Positions 48,067 through 59,793 of a stretch of 64,000 nt of DNA are shown piece after piece. The position numbers and the translations under genes are program-made. The stretch is from positions 496,001-560,000 of the forward strand of contig NW_027270925.1 in the NCBI RefSeq assembly GCF_040938485.1. The letters are read 5' to 3'. The DNA comes from Diadema antillarum. Taxonomy: Eukaryota. The notes beneath the pieces are model-generated. The model searched no databases. It was not told where the DNA came from and was given only the letters and a program-made list of their open reading frames with translations. Every line of letters begins with the position of its first letter. Position 1 is the stretch's first letter.

Positions 48067-50580
48067 TCATTACATAAATTACATGGTGTTGACAAAAGAT
48101 CGTACTTTAGTAACTGAAGCATGAAAACAATTCTGAACAAGCATAATGCGGTTAAGTTGATTGTACCAAATATGTAATGGCCTTTAATTACCAAGCGCAA
48201 ACTTGATATCAGTATGGTAAATCCATGTCACATGTGACCATACATACAGTAGGCATGAAAACTGCTGATCTTACATTCTGTCGGTGCTTGCAATGGTTCC
48301 TATTTTCTATTTTCAATCACAAACACATGTTGAGTTTCTGACTACCAGGTACCCCACAACACATGACAACAATTTACAACCCGACACCCCTAATTCTACA
48401 TGCATGGAATGTCTTGATGCACAAAGTCAGTTGAAGTATGGTACATGTACAATCTAAACAAGAATCGCAAGTTGAAAGTTTTTAACTGAGCATACTTCTA
48501 ACTTGGCTTTGGTACTCAAACAAGACTGCTACACATCATACCATTGATGCTTGAATTTTGCCAGCACTTGGTCTTGCACAAGGTACACAAATTACTACAC
48601 TATTCATATGTATTGGGTTCTTAAAATGAGGATGCTACACATACAGTGTACATGTAATGATTGGCATGTTAGAACAATGCAATAAAACTGCAACAAAGTG
48701 TGAATAAGTCAATCAACAATCTGCAGTAAAATCTTTACTGTGAGCAAAAGATTTGCTTTAAGTTGGCAGTGTTCCATTATACAAAACAGAACGGCTAGAA
48801 ATTTAAACTTGAGGGACAAGTAACTGCATCGTAATGTATGCACTCACATTTCATTCAAAATGGCCAAATTAGATTAACAGCTGTCCCCTGCTAATACATA
48901 TACAATGTAATAAAGTGTACAAGTGTACAAGTATTTCAAACTCAACCAAACATGACTGTTTTGTGATGACATCAAGCTAACTACTACACTATTAACTGTA
49001 CTCAATATGCAAATGAAGTTGCACTTTTGAGTTGCTCATAACTAAGGTCATTTAAACATAATATGTTCATTTTAACATTGCCAAGAAAATAAATGCTTGT
49101 TTGCTTTCAACATAAAAGGCATAGAGGCTTTATTTCTTGATGACATTTTCAACAATTTTGAATCACTTAAATATAAAAAATCTCTCCTTTTATGTGCCAA
49201 CATATGAGGTACATACAATAATATTCAGAAATCTGCCAGAAGACATGTCTTTCACTCAAAAGGGGTGGTATTGCAGATACACAGCAGCACAGAAAATACA
49301 AAAATCTTCAATTCTTTAATTTCTTTGTACGCATCGATTATACGATGTAGTTATCCGGCAGAAAAGAATGGGTAATGACAAAATCACAGGTCTATCACGC
49401 TCAGCTAGTAGAAAATGTCTCAATCATTGCAAGTTGATGAGTTATCTCTCCGTAGGTGGTATGATGTGTATTCAGCACTTTGCTGTGATACTTTCATTGC
49501 ACCTTTAAGAATTGGCAATAGTGAACTGGAAGCTTATCATAAAATCCCTATGGCTGGCTTACAAGAGCTTTAGTTCACATCGAATATATCACACTAGATC
49601 ATGTTTGATACTTCATTCAAGTATTTCATTTGATAAGTATTTCTAAGTATCATTTACAGAAGACAAAAGTGTCTCCTCCCTTACTAATCCAAATCCAGAT
49701 ATTTAAAAATCAGGCATCAATCATTAATGCACTGCTTGACCCAACGTGAATTAAATCTTGAAATAGTAGTCACCCTCTGGGTATACTATACTGTCCTGTT
49801 GTAGGAATAAGAAATTCAACGTACAGCAGCACAACATCACAAAGCACTAAAAGGGGATTCAAATGACATTATTGGGGCAATGTACATTGCATACAACAGC
49901 CAATCAGGACTCCTCATACTATGCTTACACATATTCTCACACATCATAATGTAGCACATTACTTTACAGTTTACATATGTATCATAATATATATAATTTT
50001 GTACATACTGTTGAAAATACAACCTCGATGCAACTGCATGCCTTGCTACCAAAATGTCTGCACATCAAACCACTGCTCATATCATGTTTACTTTCATTTT
50101 AACATGAAAGGAATAATACGTAAAAAAACCAACTGTCACACTTTCCAAGTTTATCTGGCATGGATACTTTTACCAAGCAAAAAACCGGAAAACCAGTGTT
50201 GAATGTTGCACATGACACTTCTAAAAATGTTCCATCGAGTTCTTGACCCCTTAAAATTGTTCATATTTCGAAAGTATGAGTGGTTTTTCATTACTATTCA
50301 TATTCCGGTGGTAAAGACAACAACAAACTTTTATGTGACTTCTGAGACTAGGTTGGCCCACTTGCAATCATTTATCACTTGATGTGCTTCAACATATTGA
50401 TAATGATTGTTTGGACAAGTTTAAAGCAGACGAAAAGGTATTGAGTACACACCAGTCATGTCACTGACAAAAGGACAAAAAAGCACAGTAATTGAATACT
50501 GATGACTTCAATAGCTCACATCATCGAACAACCACTACACAGATATTTCTTTGTATGCTACCAGATGCAACCTGTCTTAA

Positions 50581-50665
50581 CCCGTTGAGGACGAGTTCCG
50601 AGAATACTCTGGCAGGTGTCTATGGGAAATGCGTGTTGTAGCAAAATCAGTCCGTCCTCGACGGG
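50581..50665 (+). mobile_element. 85-bp piggyBac-like MITE, copy 1 (orientation arbitrary)
   Basis: TTAA|CCCGTTGAGGACGAG ... CCGTCCTCGACGGG|TTAA. Confidence 0.82.
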
Positions 50666-50884
50666 TTAATGTTGTACAGGAACAGATGTGCGACAGTTGG
50701 CTTTTATTGCTACAATCACAAACAATGGCAATACAGGATCTGCCATGAAGTGATTGCTCTAATACTGGCATCATGTTTATCGACCATGAACAGGCCTGCA
50801 AAACAAAGGTATACACATTATGAGCATGTTTTCATAGGGCCAATGAATCTTCACAGACCTAATGCATGGCATAACCTCAGTTAA

Positions 50885-50969
50885 CCCATTGAGGACGAGC
50901 TCATTTTGCTACAATACGCATTTCCCATAGACACCTGCCCGAGTGCACTAACGACTCGTCTTCAACGGG
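50885..50969 (-). mobile_element. 85-bp piggyBac-like MITE, copy 2 (inverted relative to copy 1)
   Basis: TTAA|CCCATTGAGGACGAG ... CTCGTCTTCAACGGG|TTAA; body is the reverse complement of copy 1. Confidence 0.82.
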
Positions 50970-51203
50970 TTAATAATCGCGCATGTGAAACTTATTTCTC
51001 ACTGACATAAGAGATACTTCTGAGATACATTTCTCTCATATTTCTCTATGCAGGCTGCCAGTATGAGAGATGTAGGAAACAAACTGCTACAACTGTGAGC
51101 AGGAATCAACATGGCATACTTGAATGTACAGACATTTTGAAGCAGCTTGCATTGTACAACATTAAAAAAAAACCAACAAAAACATACTAGTGGAAAACTT
51201 GAC

Positions 51204-51365
51204 CTACTCTAACTGCCCAAGTGTCATTAACTGTTTGAGGACTTTTGTCTGACTCGTTTCCCTGATTTCTCCCGCCAAGAACATCTCGTCGACAACGGAG
51301 TAAACCTTGTAGAAGTTGAAAACTAGATCCAGCTCACACACATTGTGGAAGTACTCATTCAACAC
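51204..51365 (-). CDS. AP2S1: AP-2 complex subunit sigma, last exon (VLNEYF...LGQLE*)
   Basis: Near-identical to the AP2S1 C-terminus; CAG acceptor; 162 nt including stop. Confidence 0.96.
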   Translation of the reverse strand: MLNEYFHNVCELDLVFNFYKVYSVVDEMFLAGEIRETSQTKVLKQLMTLGQLE

Positions 51366-51856
51366 CTGCAGAAAAGGGTGAAAACATTGTTGCATCAGAA
51401 TTCCCCGCGAGGGTTGATTCATTCAAAAATCTTTTAAGACATGGCACTTACGGATGTGACAGTAATGAAATTGGAACAACACAACACACGGGTGCTGCAG
51501 CTTAATTCTAGACTTGACTATAACCATGTAACTACAATTGTATATTCCCCTATCCCTCCCTTTCTTTCTCACTCATTCACACTGTCATTCTATGTCTACC
51601 AGCTATACACTCCCAGAATTACTCTTATATAACATTCGTAGCAGGAAAATGTTACGACAGTCATGAAAATATACAGTGTATCTATCAATCACTACACAAA
51701 ATTGCAAATTAATGGGCAAAAAAGGAATGTGATCTCAATATTACCAATAGGCCACGCATTGAATATATGATTGCAATTCTACTATACGACACATCCTGCT
51801 GTGTAAAAGCTGCTAATAAACTCACGTCAGTGCATCCTGTCATTGCTGATACTTAC

Positions 51857-51970
51857 TTCCACAAAGTTGTGTATAGCTTCTAGGTATGCCAGATTGTTGT
51901 CCCCGACGTCAACACAGATACAGAAATAGAGACCTGCGTATCTCCTGTAGACAATCTTGAAGTTGCGGTA
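51857..51970 (-). CDS. AP2S1: AP2S1 exon 3 ([21 protein letters not shown]...FVE)
   Basis: 114 nt, phase 0, CAG/GTAAGT boundaries. Confidence 0.96.
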
Positions 51971-52840
51971 CTGCAACAGAAAGGACCACAAACAAGCTTC
52001 AGTACGTATGCACACATGCAGGGCATCGCAGACAACACTCATCCATGCAAATAGTGACACCAACAAAACTTTTGGATTTGTGCAGTGAAGATGATGAATC
52101 ATGCAAAATATTGAAATGTTTTATTAATGAAACCACTCTACAAATTGTATACTGACAGCCTTAATGTTTTCTTTCCATCTGTTCAGGGATAGAATGCTGC
52201 CTATACAAACATTACTTCTTTTCTTTTTTTTACCATTTTACATGGGTCACAATATCATTGGTGACAATATCTCATGTCTTTTACAGTAGGATGAAGGCAA
52301 ATTTGGCTAAATGAAGGACACTTTACCTTTCTTTTTATTATGACAAAGAAAAATGATAATTGTCATGATCAAGTTGAAGTACAGACATATTTAGTCATGC
52401 AGGTATATCAGTGTGATTTTGTCAAGTTCCTTCAGAACATAGACCTGTTGACGAGAGAAATCTCTTTGTCGTGAGGTACACGAGTGTACCTGATAGTTTA
52501 GGGCTGGTCATTATAGTATAATGATAGAAAGAGATAAACATATAAGAAACCACATTAGCAGTCATCTGAAAGTTTGAATATTAGAATATTGTATGTTAGC
52601 AAGGCCAATTTGTAAAAGTCAATGCAAACATCAGACAAACAAAATACTGCTCATCAGCCATTACATGTATGTGGGAAACTGTTTGTGCAGCAGACACAAC
52701 ATTTAGCATTCTGTAATCTGTGCCAGTTTCTTCCCCATCACCTGATACTAAACAATCAAGCTGAATAACAAACCATAACAAAACAGAGCTGTACAAGGGA
52801 GAAAGAGGGAGAGAGAGAATGAATGAAACGGGTGACTCAC

Positions 52841-52990
52841 TTCTACAAAGTTTGTGTGTTTGGCATCTCGTACTGTGACAAGGGCATGGACCTCCTCGAT
52901 TAGCTTTTGTTTCTCCTCATCATCGAATGCCATGTACCACTTGGCCAGCCTGGTCTTGCCTGCCCTGTTCTGGATCAGGATGAAGCGAAT
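52841..52990 (-). CDS. AP2S1: AP2S1 exon 2 ([19 protein letters not shown]...NFVE)
   Basis: 150 nt, phase 0, CAG/GTGAGT boundaries. Confidence 0.96.
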
Positions 52991-54539
52991 CTGCAAAGGC
53001 AAAGAGTCAAATATGGGCATTGACGATTCTAATTCTTTACACCAGACATAAATCTCCACCATCTTACCTTGCCTACAATACATGTACATTCATTCATTCA
53101 AACGTATGGCACACTGTGCCCGGTTGATACCGTTTGTTGACTTTTGCTAGTCACCTGGATAATTTATATTGCAATGTATGTGCATATAATATCACTGAAC
53201 TTGTCTGAGCACTCAATAACACACAATAAGTATTCCTGGGGGGAAAGACATGCACATATCTGTGTTGGCTAGAAATGTAACAAGCAATTAGGGAGCTTAA
53301 CAAGTAGATGCATAGCTGAAAGCTTTATTCTGAAAAGAATCTTATACCTGCACAATTGCATATCATTGTAGATTAAATAAGCTTCCGGACTGAGCAGCAT
53401 AGAACTACCAAGAGTACCGGTAATCTTGATTTGAAGCACTGACTGACTCTTTGCACTGGTAAAAATTTCTCTAACCCCTCATTCCTTCCCTCCCTTTCTT
53501 CTTTAATAGCCAATGAAATTCATATCAAAGATATTCAAAACATGTGTCCAAAATATATGAAAAGTTGTGCAGTTTGTCAGTATAACTTTGTAGAAGTTAC
53601 TGATAAACTGTATCTTGTCACTAACTAGATGTATGAACTACATGTAAATCTCTGACACATACTTCTGAAATCCATGTGCTCCAGATCTTAGAATAAATTG
53701 GAATAGACTAGAAAACTGTTTTTCTCCTTGTTGAAAATCTGTAAATATGAAAGGTTGTTCTATATGTATCAATCATCCATTACCGACTTGTAACCTTTGT
53801 TTGAATTAACAATGGAATAAACTATGAACAAAAACTTACTAGAACCCCCAGCATATTAGTAAAACCTGAATATCACGATATCATGCTCTATGAACTCAGT
53901 ACATATGTGTACAATCAATCTACATTAGAACCTGAATTTTTGAACAGTACAGTTGATAATCACAATTCACAGAATTCTAGATGTAAGTACCAGGTATTAG
54001 AATGATAAGTCATGGAAAGCACCATATCATATGGGAATAACTCCATGTCAATGTTGAAATGAAACTAAAATCTTTTTAGTATATTTACAAAAAGTGAACA
54101 CAATTCTTTGCTGTAGGTCCTGCAACTTTGTGTGTTCTGCAACCCAGATCCCCCTCTTGTCATGACTTATGCGTTCACTTCCACAGGTACAAAGTATTGT
54201 AGCAGTAAGACAATACATAGACTCAAGAAAGGAAAGGTATACACCTACAGATGTTAGAATGACTGTATGTAGTCTGGTACAGGGTCGCAGTAACAAGTCA
54301 CAAAAATACGGCTTCTGGTGTACCAGTGACATACATGTAAATGCTTTGTGTATACTGTTGATAGTGGGGAATCGCTATCTTTTTCTCCTGAAAAGGGTTC
54401 ACACGTCCTTCTCATTGGTCAATAAATATGTTCTTCATCATGAATTAGACCACCTGCAAAATATTCTACAAGTTCCAATTCGCAAAGTACATGTGGTGTA
54501 CAGAAAGCATCACAAAATATCTTCAATATCTGTCCTCAT

Positions 54540-54698
54540 CAGGGGCGGATCCAGGAATTCCGTAAAGGGGAGGCGCCTTTACAAAAATTAAGGGGGGGGG
54601 GGGCACATGCTCCCTCATTTTTTTCTTATTTCTTTTGTTTTAACCAAAATAAAGAGGAGGCGCGTGCCCAGTGCGCCCCCTCTGGATCCGTCCCACTG
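54540..54698 (+). mobile_element. CAGGGG/CCACTG MITE, copy 5 (AP2S1 intron 1)
   Basis: Same TIRs and body as copies 1-4; flanked by CTCAT/CTCAT. Confidence 0.8.
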
Positions 54699-55461
54699 CT
54701 CATGGTCCTATCAAACAAGCAGGGTATATATTTTTTTCCCCCAGTTTTCTTGTGGCTTGCCATGCCATGCCATGCCTGTCTCTTGTCTACTGAACTTGCA
54801 TATAATTGCAAGGCCAAAAAAGTCCAAAACAAGTCTTCAACATACAAATATTACAACAAAATATGATTTGCAGCCCGTTATCTAATTAGCCTTGGTTTTA
54901 CAGATTATACAAACATCAAGCTCAGTGTCATGATATGACTATGAGTATGAGTTATGACAGTTGCGATCACAATACATTCATTCATCATAACTAACTGATC
55001 ATGTCATTCATGATGTCTTACAATGATGATCATGATCCAATCCCCCATCATTGCCAATCATTTGCAAGCAAAGTAAGAATCCTTGAAGAATGGGTGTGGC
55101 GCTTTACTGTGCATTCACAGAGCTAAACGAGTGGAGTAAGAATTCATGAAGACTGTTGTATTTGTCTGCAAGAGGTGATTACATTACATGAAAAATACCC
55201 ACTTTCACACAGATACAGACAAGACACCTCACACTCACAGCAAGCAGCACAGTCAGTCCATAGACACCTCGAAACTCCTTTACTTACAGCCTAAAAATGA
55301 ATATCTGGGACTACGATAGTTTCACGTTTCAAAATTGTACACTTTATACCATATTCAACGAATCTGAATACATGTTTAACTGAACATTGCAAACAGATGA
55401 TTCTAAGTTGGTAAGCGCAATAAGTATACAGCATAATTTTCGAAAAATAAGAAGAAATTAC

Positions 55462-55464
55462 CAT
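55462..55464 (-). CDS. AP2S1: AP2S1 exon 1 coding part (ATG only)
   Basis: GAAGATG|GTAATT on the minus strand at the CpG-rich promoter; gives the expected 142-aa protein (1+50+38+53). Confidence 0.75.
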
Positions 55465-56271
55465 CTTCTACGAATTTTCTTGGAGGGCGTCTTCAGAGCA
55501 AATCCGGAAATGATCTCGCAGGTTCCATTGAAAGAGTAGGTAAAGCATGGTGAGCAGGAGATGAGGAAGGGTTTGAGGGCATTCCATCTTTTGCAACATT
55601 TATATATTGGTTATTTTGGATACTCAATGTTGTCATATTTCTGAAAAGTAAATACAATTCATGTGAAAGTTTTTGATTTTTCTACCCAAAAACATTCCAG
55701 TGCACTGTACACAGTGTATTTGTTTTTTCGGAAATTTTACCCATCTTTAGAATGGACTTAACCAAACCTCAAATGCGAGGTTCCCGTTGCGGACTGGCCT
55801 GGCGCGCGCCTATGGGACGTATTGGTACGTGGATGGTTCGCATGGTCATTGAGTTAGCGTACCACCACAGCCAGCAGAGAACCATGCGGCCACGGACGCG
55901 CACAGAGAGAGAGAGAGAGCACGGGATCGATCGCGAGCAAGGAGCAGCGCGCAGCGCCGCCGACCGACCGACCGGCCGGAGAGACCAGCGCACCGGTACC
56001 GGTGCCATCGCTGTTGTCGCTCTCTGATGTACATCGACTTCCAACGATTTCATCATTTCTGTTCTGTCAGGATTTTAGTTCATTTCACTCAGCTGTAATT
56101 CTTTCTTGAGATACTTAACTGTAGATTCATCTCTTGCTGCTGTCTTTCAAGAATAAGACACAAGTAGATAAATCTACTTAGGAAAAGAGACGGGGAGAGA
56201 GCTCGAGTCACACTCACAGACACAGAGTCAGAGAGCGCTGAGCAAGGATTCTTTCGACAGCGTGTGCAACT
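55465..56271. promoter_or_regulatory. Bidirectional AP2S1/POLR1C promoter region with a CpG-island-like core
   Basis: Start codons 808 bp apart head-to-head; ETS-like CCGGAAAT at 55504-55511; very CpG/GC-rich block at ~55780-56030. Confidence 0.6.
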
Positions 56272-56322
56272 ATGGAGGAAATGAGAACACGTGTTCGTCT
56301 GCTGGAACATGGAGTTGATAAT
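56272..56322 (+). CDS. POLR1C: RNA polymerase I/III subunit RPAC1, first coding exon (MEEMRTRVRLLEHGVDN)
   Basis: Matches EEMRSRVVLGEFGVRN of POLR1C (from memory); strong Kozak context ACTATGG; upstream in-frame stop; GTAAGA donor. Confidence 0.82.
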
Positions 56323-57030
56323 GTAAGATTAACAAGAAGATGTCGAAAACAGTCGTATGTATATTATATATATATTTTTAAAGTGAGCCATGAGTTGCAT
56401 CTGTGACGGAGTCTGACACGTTTGCTTTTACTGGTGAAGCTGAAGCTTGATCCCATGACAATGTGCCATGAATATGATCCCATTTTAATTGTGTGCGGGC
56501 CTGCACAGGGACCCTCAGAGGCTCAGCTTCAGCCCTCGGGGTGTGAATTGTGTTCCGGACTGTGGAAGAAAATTGTTGGTTTAAACAGCTCAAAAAGTAC
56601 CGTAGATTTTCATAAAAATCAGATTCCAGCACTGCTCTCTGCTGCCGACTGTGAGATAAATACATACTTTCACGAAATTGTGCCATGGAAAAAAACCGCA
56701 TAAATTGGAATGGCAACGACAACTAGTTTAAGGGGTTTTGAGTAATCTGACCTCAAAAGACTCTTGGGAGTCTTTGTTCTACTCACTGGTGTACAGCCTC
56801 ATGCCTGTGGCATTTACCCATGGCATTATCCATGACATTAGCGGCGGCTATGGCCCAAGTGCAACAAGCTGGACAACTCAGCTAGATCAACATGCAGTGT
56901 CGTACATCACACACCACCATGGCATTTAAATACAATTTAAATACAGGGCACATGTACCCACACGTGTACTTACGGGTGTGCGTTGCCCATACATTCATTG
57001 TCTTAATGACACGGACCAGCAGGCCCGAAG

Positions 57031-57250
57031 TTGAATTGAATTTGTTGAATTTTGAATTTGAATTGAAAAGGTGTGTTATTCATCAATATCCATCGCAGCC
57101 CGGAGGCTGAATTACAGACATTGTTAACAAAGGACCATGAATACATTAAAAATACACACAAGATACAGCGTAGCAATGAAAAAAAAAAATGCATAGCATT
57201 TTCATAGCATATTCATCTTAACCATTGCACAATTAGATCAACCTATATGC
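57031..57250 (-). mobile_element. Possible non-LTR retroelement 3' end
   Basis: Minus-strand (TTCAA/TTCAAA)n tail preceded by a small GCAGCCCGGAGGCTG hairpin and a T-rich stretch. Confidence 0.3.
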
Positions 57251-58252
57251 CTAATACAAAACAAAAAACCCCCCAAAATATTACAATTACAATATCTAAT
57301 ATCACTATTCTCAATAATTATTAAAAAATAAATTGGGTTTATGTTAATTATGCATGCTGGTCATTTTAATACAGATGTTATATAGCTCAAATCGACACAT
57401 TTTACACAGCAAAAATAATCAGTTTGATTCAAAAAAATTTTCTCACAATCTTCTCTTCCTAAACAGTAACTCTCATATCAAAATACATTCAATCTACACA
57501 CAGCACATTACATCAAATCTCTAAATAAATAAATGAATACTATATTCAAATTATTATAATACATGTATATACAAAAATAGCATTTAATATTTGTACATCT
57601 CTCTCTCTCCCTCTCTCTCTCTCTCTTCTAACTCTCATTCCACTAATACACACACTCTCTTGTATCTAACCAGCAAATATACACTATTGTATCTAACCAA
57701 CACTCTGTGTTATTATTATTGCACATTTTTTGCACCAGAATTTGATCTCACATAATAAACAACACCAAAACGCTGAAACGTTACATTATGAAATACTTTG
57801 AACCGTTTCGGAGAATAATGATATAAGGAAAATACAATTATACTATTTCAACTTGTCATTTAACCCTTGACCCTGTGGTCCACAACCTTTCCTATAATGA
57901 TAACAGACTTTCTGGCAATGCATACTGTGCACACCATAGTTCACAAAAAAAGAAATACTTTCATGCATTACATCTTCACATATTGTGACCCGGATTCCAA
58001 ATGCTTTCTACTTAAAATTTTAATGCACATTGTCTTTTCTCAGTGCTTTTTTTGGTCTTGTCATAAACATCAGTCTGTTTAATTGCAAGTTTTCTTGAGC
58101 TTCTGTAAAAGTGAGGTCCTCAGTTTGTGAGTGCCAATTTCACAAATGACATCATCATTCTATGATTTGCATACGTGGATGTAAAACTGATGACGAGCAC
58201 AGAATTTGTTATTTTCTTACTTTGATTCACATGTCATATGATTGTCTCCCAG

Positions 58253-58324
58253 GTACACAGCTCAGATTTCCCCGGGAATTATGTGGGATACGACGATGCA
58301 TTCAATATTCACAAGTTTGCCGAG
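58253..58324 (+). CDS. POLR1C: POLR1C exon 2 (VHSSDFPGNYVGYDDAF...)
   Basis: 72 nt; conserved DFPGNY motif; AG/GTAAG boundaries. Confidence 0.93.
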
Positions 58325-58587
58325 GTAAGACCATGATTGAATGCTGTATGTAAGTGTAACACATCAAAACTGTGTAACAGTCTGACACTCAGTTAAAATT
58401 TGTTCCACCATGAACACATCAGTTCTGCTCACACAACATATTGTGTAATTCCATACATTGATCTGAGGATCGACTTGTGTATAACATTACTGTGGTGTCC
58501 TGCTAGCTGGCAGTACTGTTCCATGATATCTATCATGCATTAACCATTTTGATTTGCCTTTTGCTCCAATTTTTCACTGTGATGCAG

Positions 58588-58695
58588 AATTTTCGGATCG
58601 ACATTGTGCGGCTGACAGACACGGAACTAGAGTTTGATATGGTGGGTGTGGACCCAGCGATCGCAAATGCTTTCAGAAGGATTCTTCTGGCTGAG
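58588..58695 (+). CDS. POLR1C: POLR1C exon 3 (NFRIDIV...[12 protein letters not shown])
   Basis: 108 nt; RNA polymerase alpha-like motif ANAFRRILL. Confidence 0.96.
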
Positions 58696-59405
58696 GTAGG
58701 ATAGGTGACAAGACTCTATTAACTGGTATCTATTTTGCCCCCCCCAAAAAAAAACAAAAAAAACAAAACAAAACAAAAAAAAACAAAAAAAACCTCAGTA
58801 TCAGAAGTAGGTGATGGCTCAGGTTTTCAAAATATTTCCTATTTTGTGTAATCATCATATAACAGACAATTCAAGGACCCACAAAATTGGCAGAGATATC
58901 AGATATTAAAGTTTAGTTGGTTTTTTTCTGTCATTGGTGTCTTATGGTACTTGCAAGGAATTTGGTAAGTCATTTTAACTTACAGTGTAATTATTTTGAC
59001 CCCATTAGGTCACAGAAATGTCACATATTTCACTACCATTCATGTAAAATAATTTTCCAGTGTAAATATAAATATGATACATCAGTGTTGTTTCTTTTGG
59101 TAAAAAAGTATATAAGTGTATTGTATGTGTGTATGTGACTGCAGAAAGTTTGTTGTTTCTCTTTTGAGTATTATGCAGATCAGGATAATCCTTAGGCACA
59201 TCTGCCCATGACAACCTAAAAAATAAAAGTTTTCTAATGCTAGAACCTTGCCCAACCTTGCCCAACTTAGCACTAAGTCAAATGTTCAGTGTGCATTGCA
59301 TTATGCATTTGAAATAACTTCAGCTGTTAATAGTAAGAAGAGAAGAACTGTTACATACATGAAAAGAAATTGTGAAACTAGCACATTCTATTGGTATTCT
59401 TGCAG

Positions 59406-59538
59406 GTTCCCACCATGGCCATAGAGAAGGTATTCATCTTCAACAACACATCCATCATCCAGGATGAAGTCTTGGCTCATAGGCTGGGGCTGATTCCCAT
59501 CAAGGCTGATCCACGGATGTTTGAGTACCGCCAGGAAG
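59406..59538 (+). CDS. POLR1C: POLR1C exon 4 (VPTMAIEKV...[15 protein letters not shown]...)
   Basis: 133 nt; phase 0 to 1. Confidence 0.96.
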
Positions 59539-59606
59539 GTGAGCTGACCACCCCAGTGTAAAATACTGTAGTTGTAGCCTGTGACTTTATGTGTCTTGCC
59601 ATATAT

Positions 59607-59793
59607 CAACGCTGCACATTGGCACTGGTCCGATTGTCCCTGACCAGTAAAAATCACTGTTGGACCAGATAACTTTTTTTTTTTTTCAGGAATGGACCAG
59701 TAAAATAATAGAAAAAACAAAACAAAACTGGGTACCTACTGGTGCGACCTGTCTGTCGGACCAGTAGAAAAAATGGGTTAGTGTGCAGCCCTG
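59607..59793 (-). mobile_element. CAGGGCTG/CAGCGTTG MITE, copy 2 (inverted, shorter)
   Basis: CAACGCTGCAC ... GTGCAGCCCTG; flanked by CATATAT/CGTATAT. Confidence 0.72.

Noticed and set aside
55703-55718. CACTGTACACAGTGTA as an empty-site or footprint of the CACTG family
   Set aside because: Too short to distinguish from a chance palindrome.
55752-56056. 91-95 aa ORFs in the GC-rich promoter block
   Set aside because: GC-rich sequence is stop-poor; Arg/Ala-rich with no homology I recognise and no splice logic linking them to either gene.
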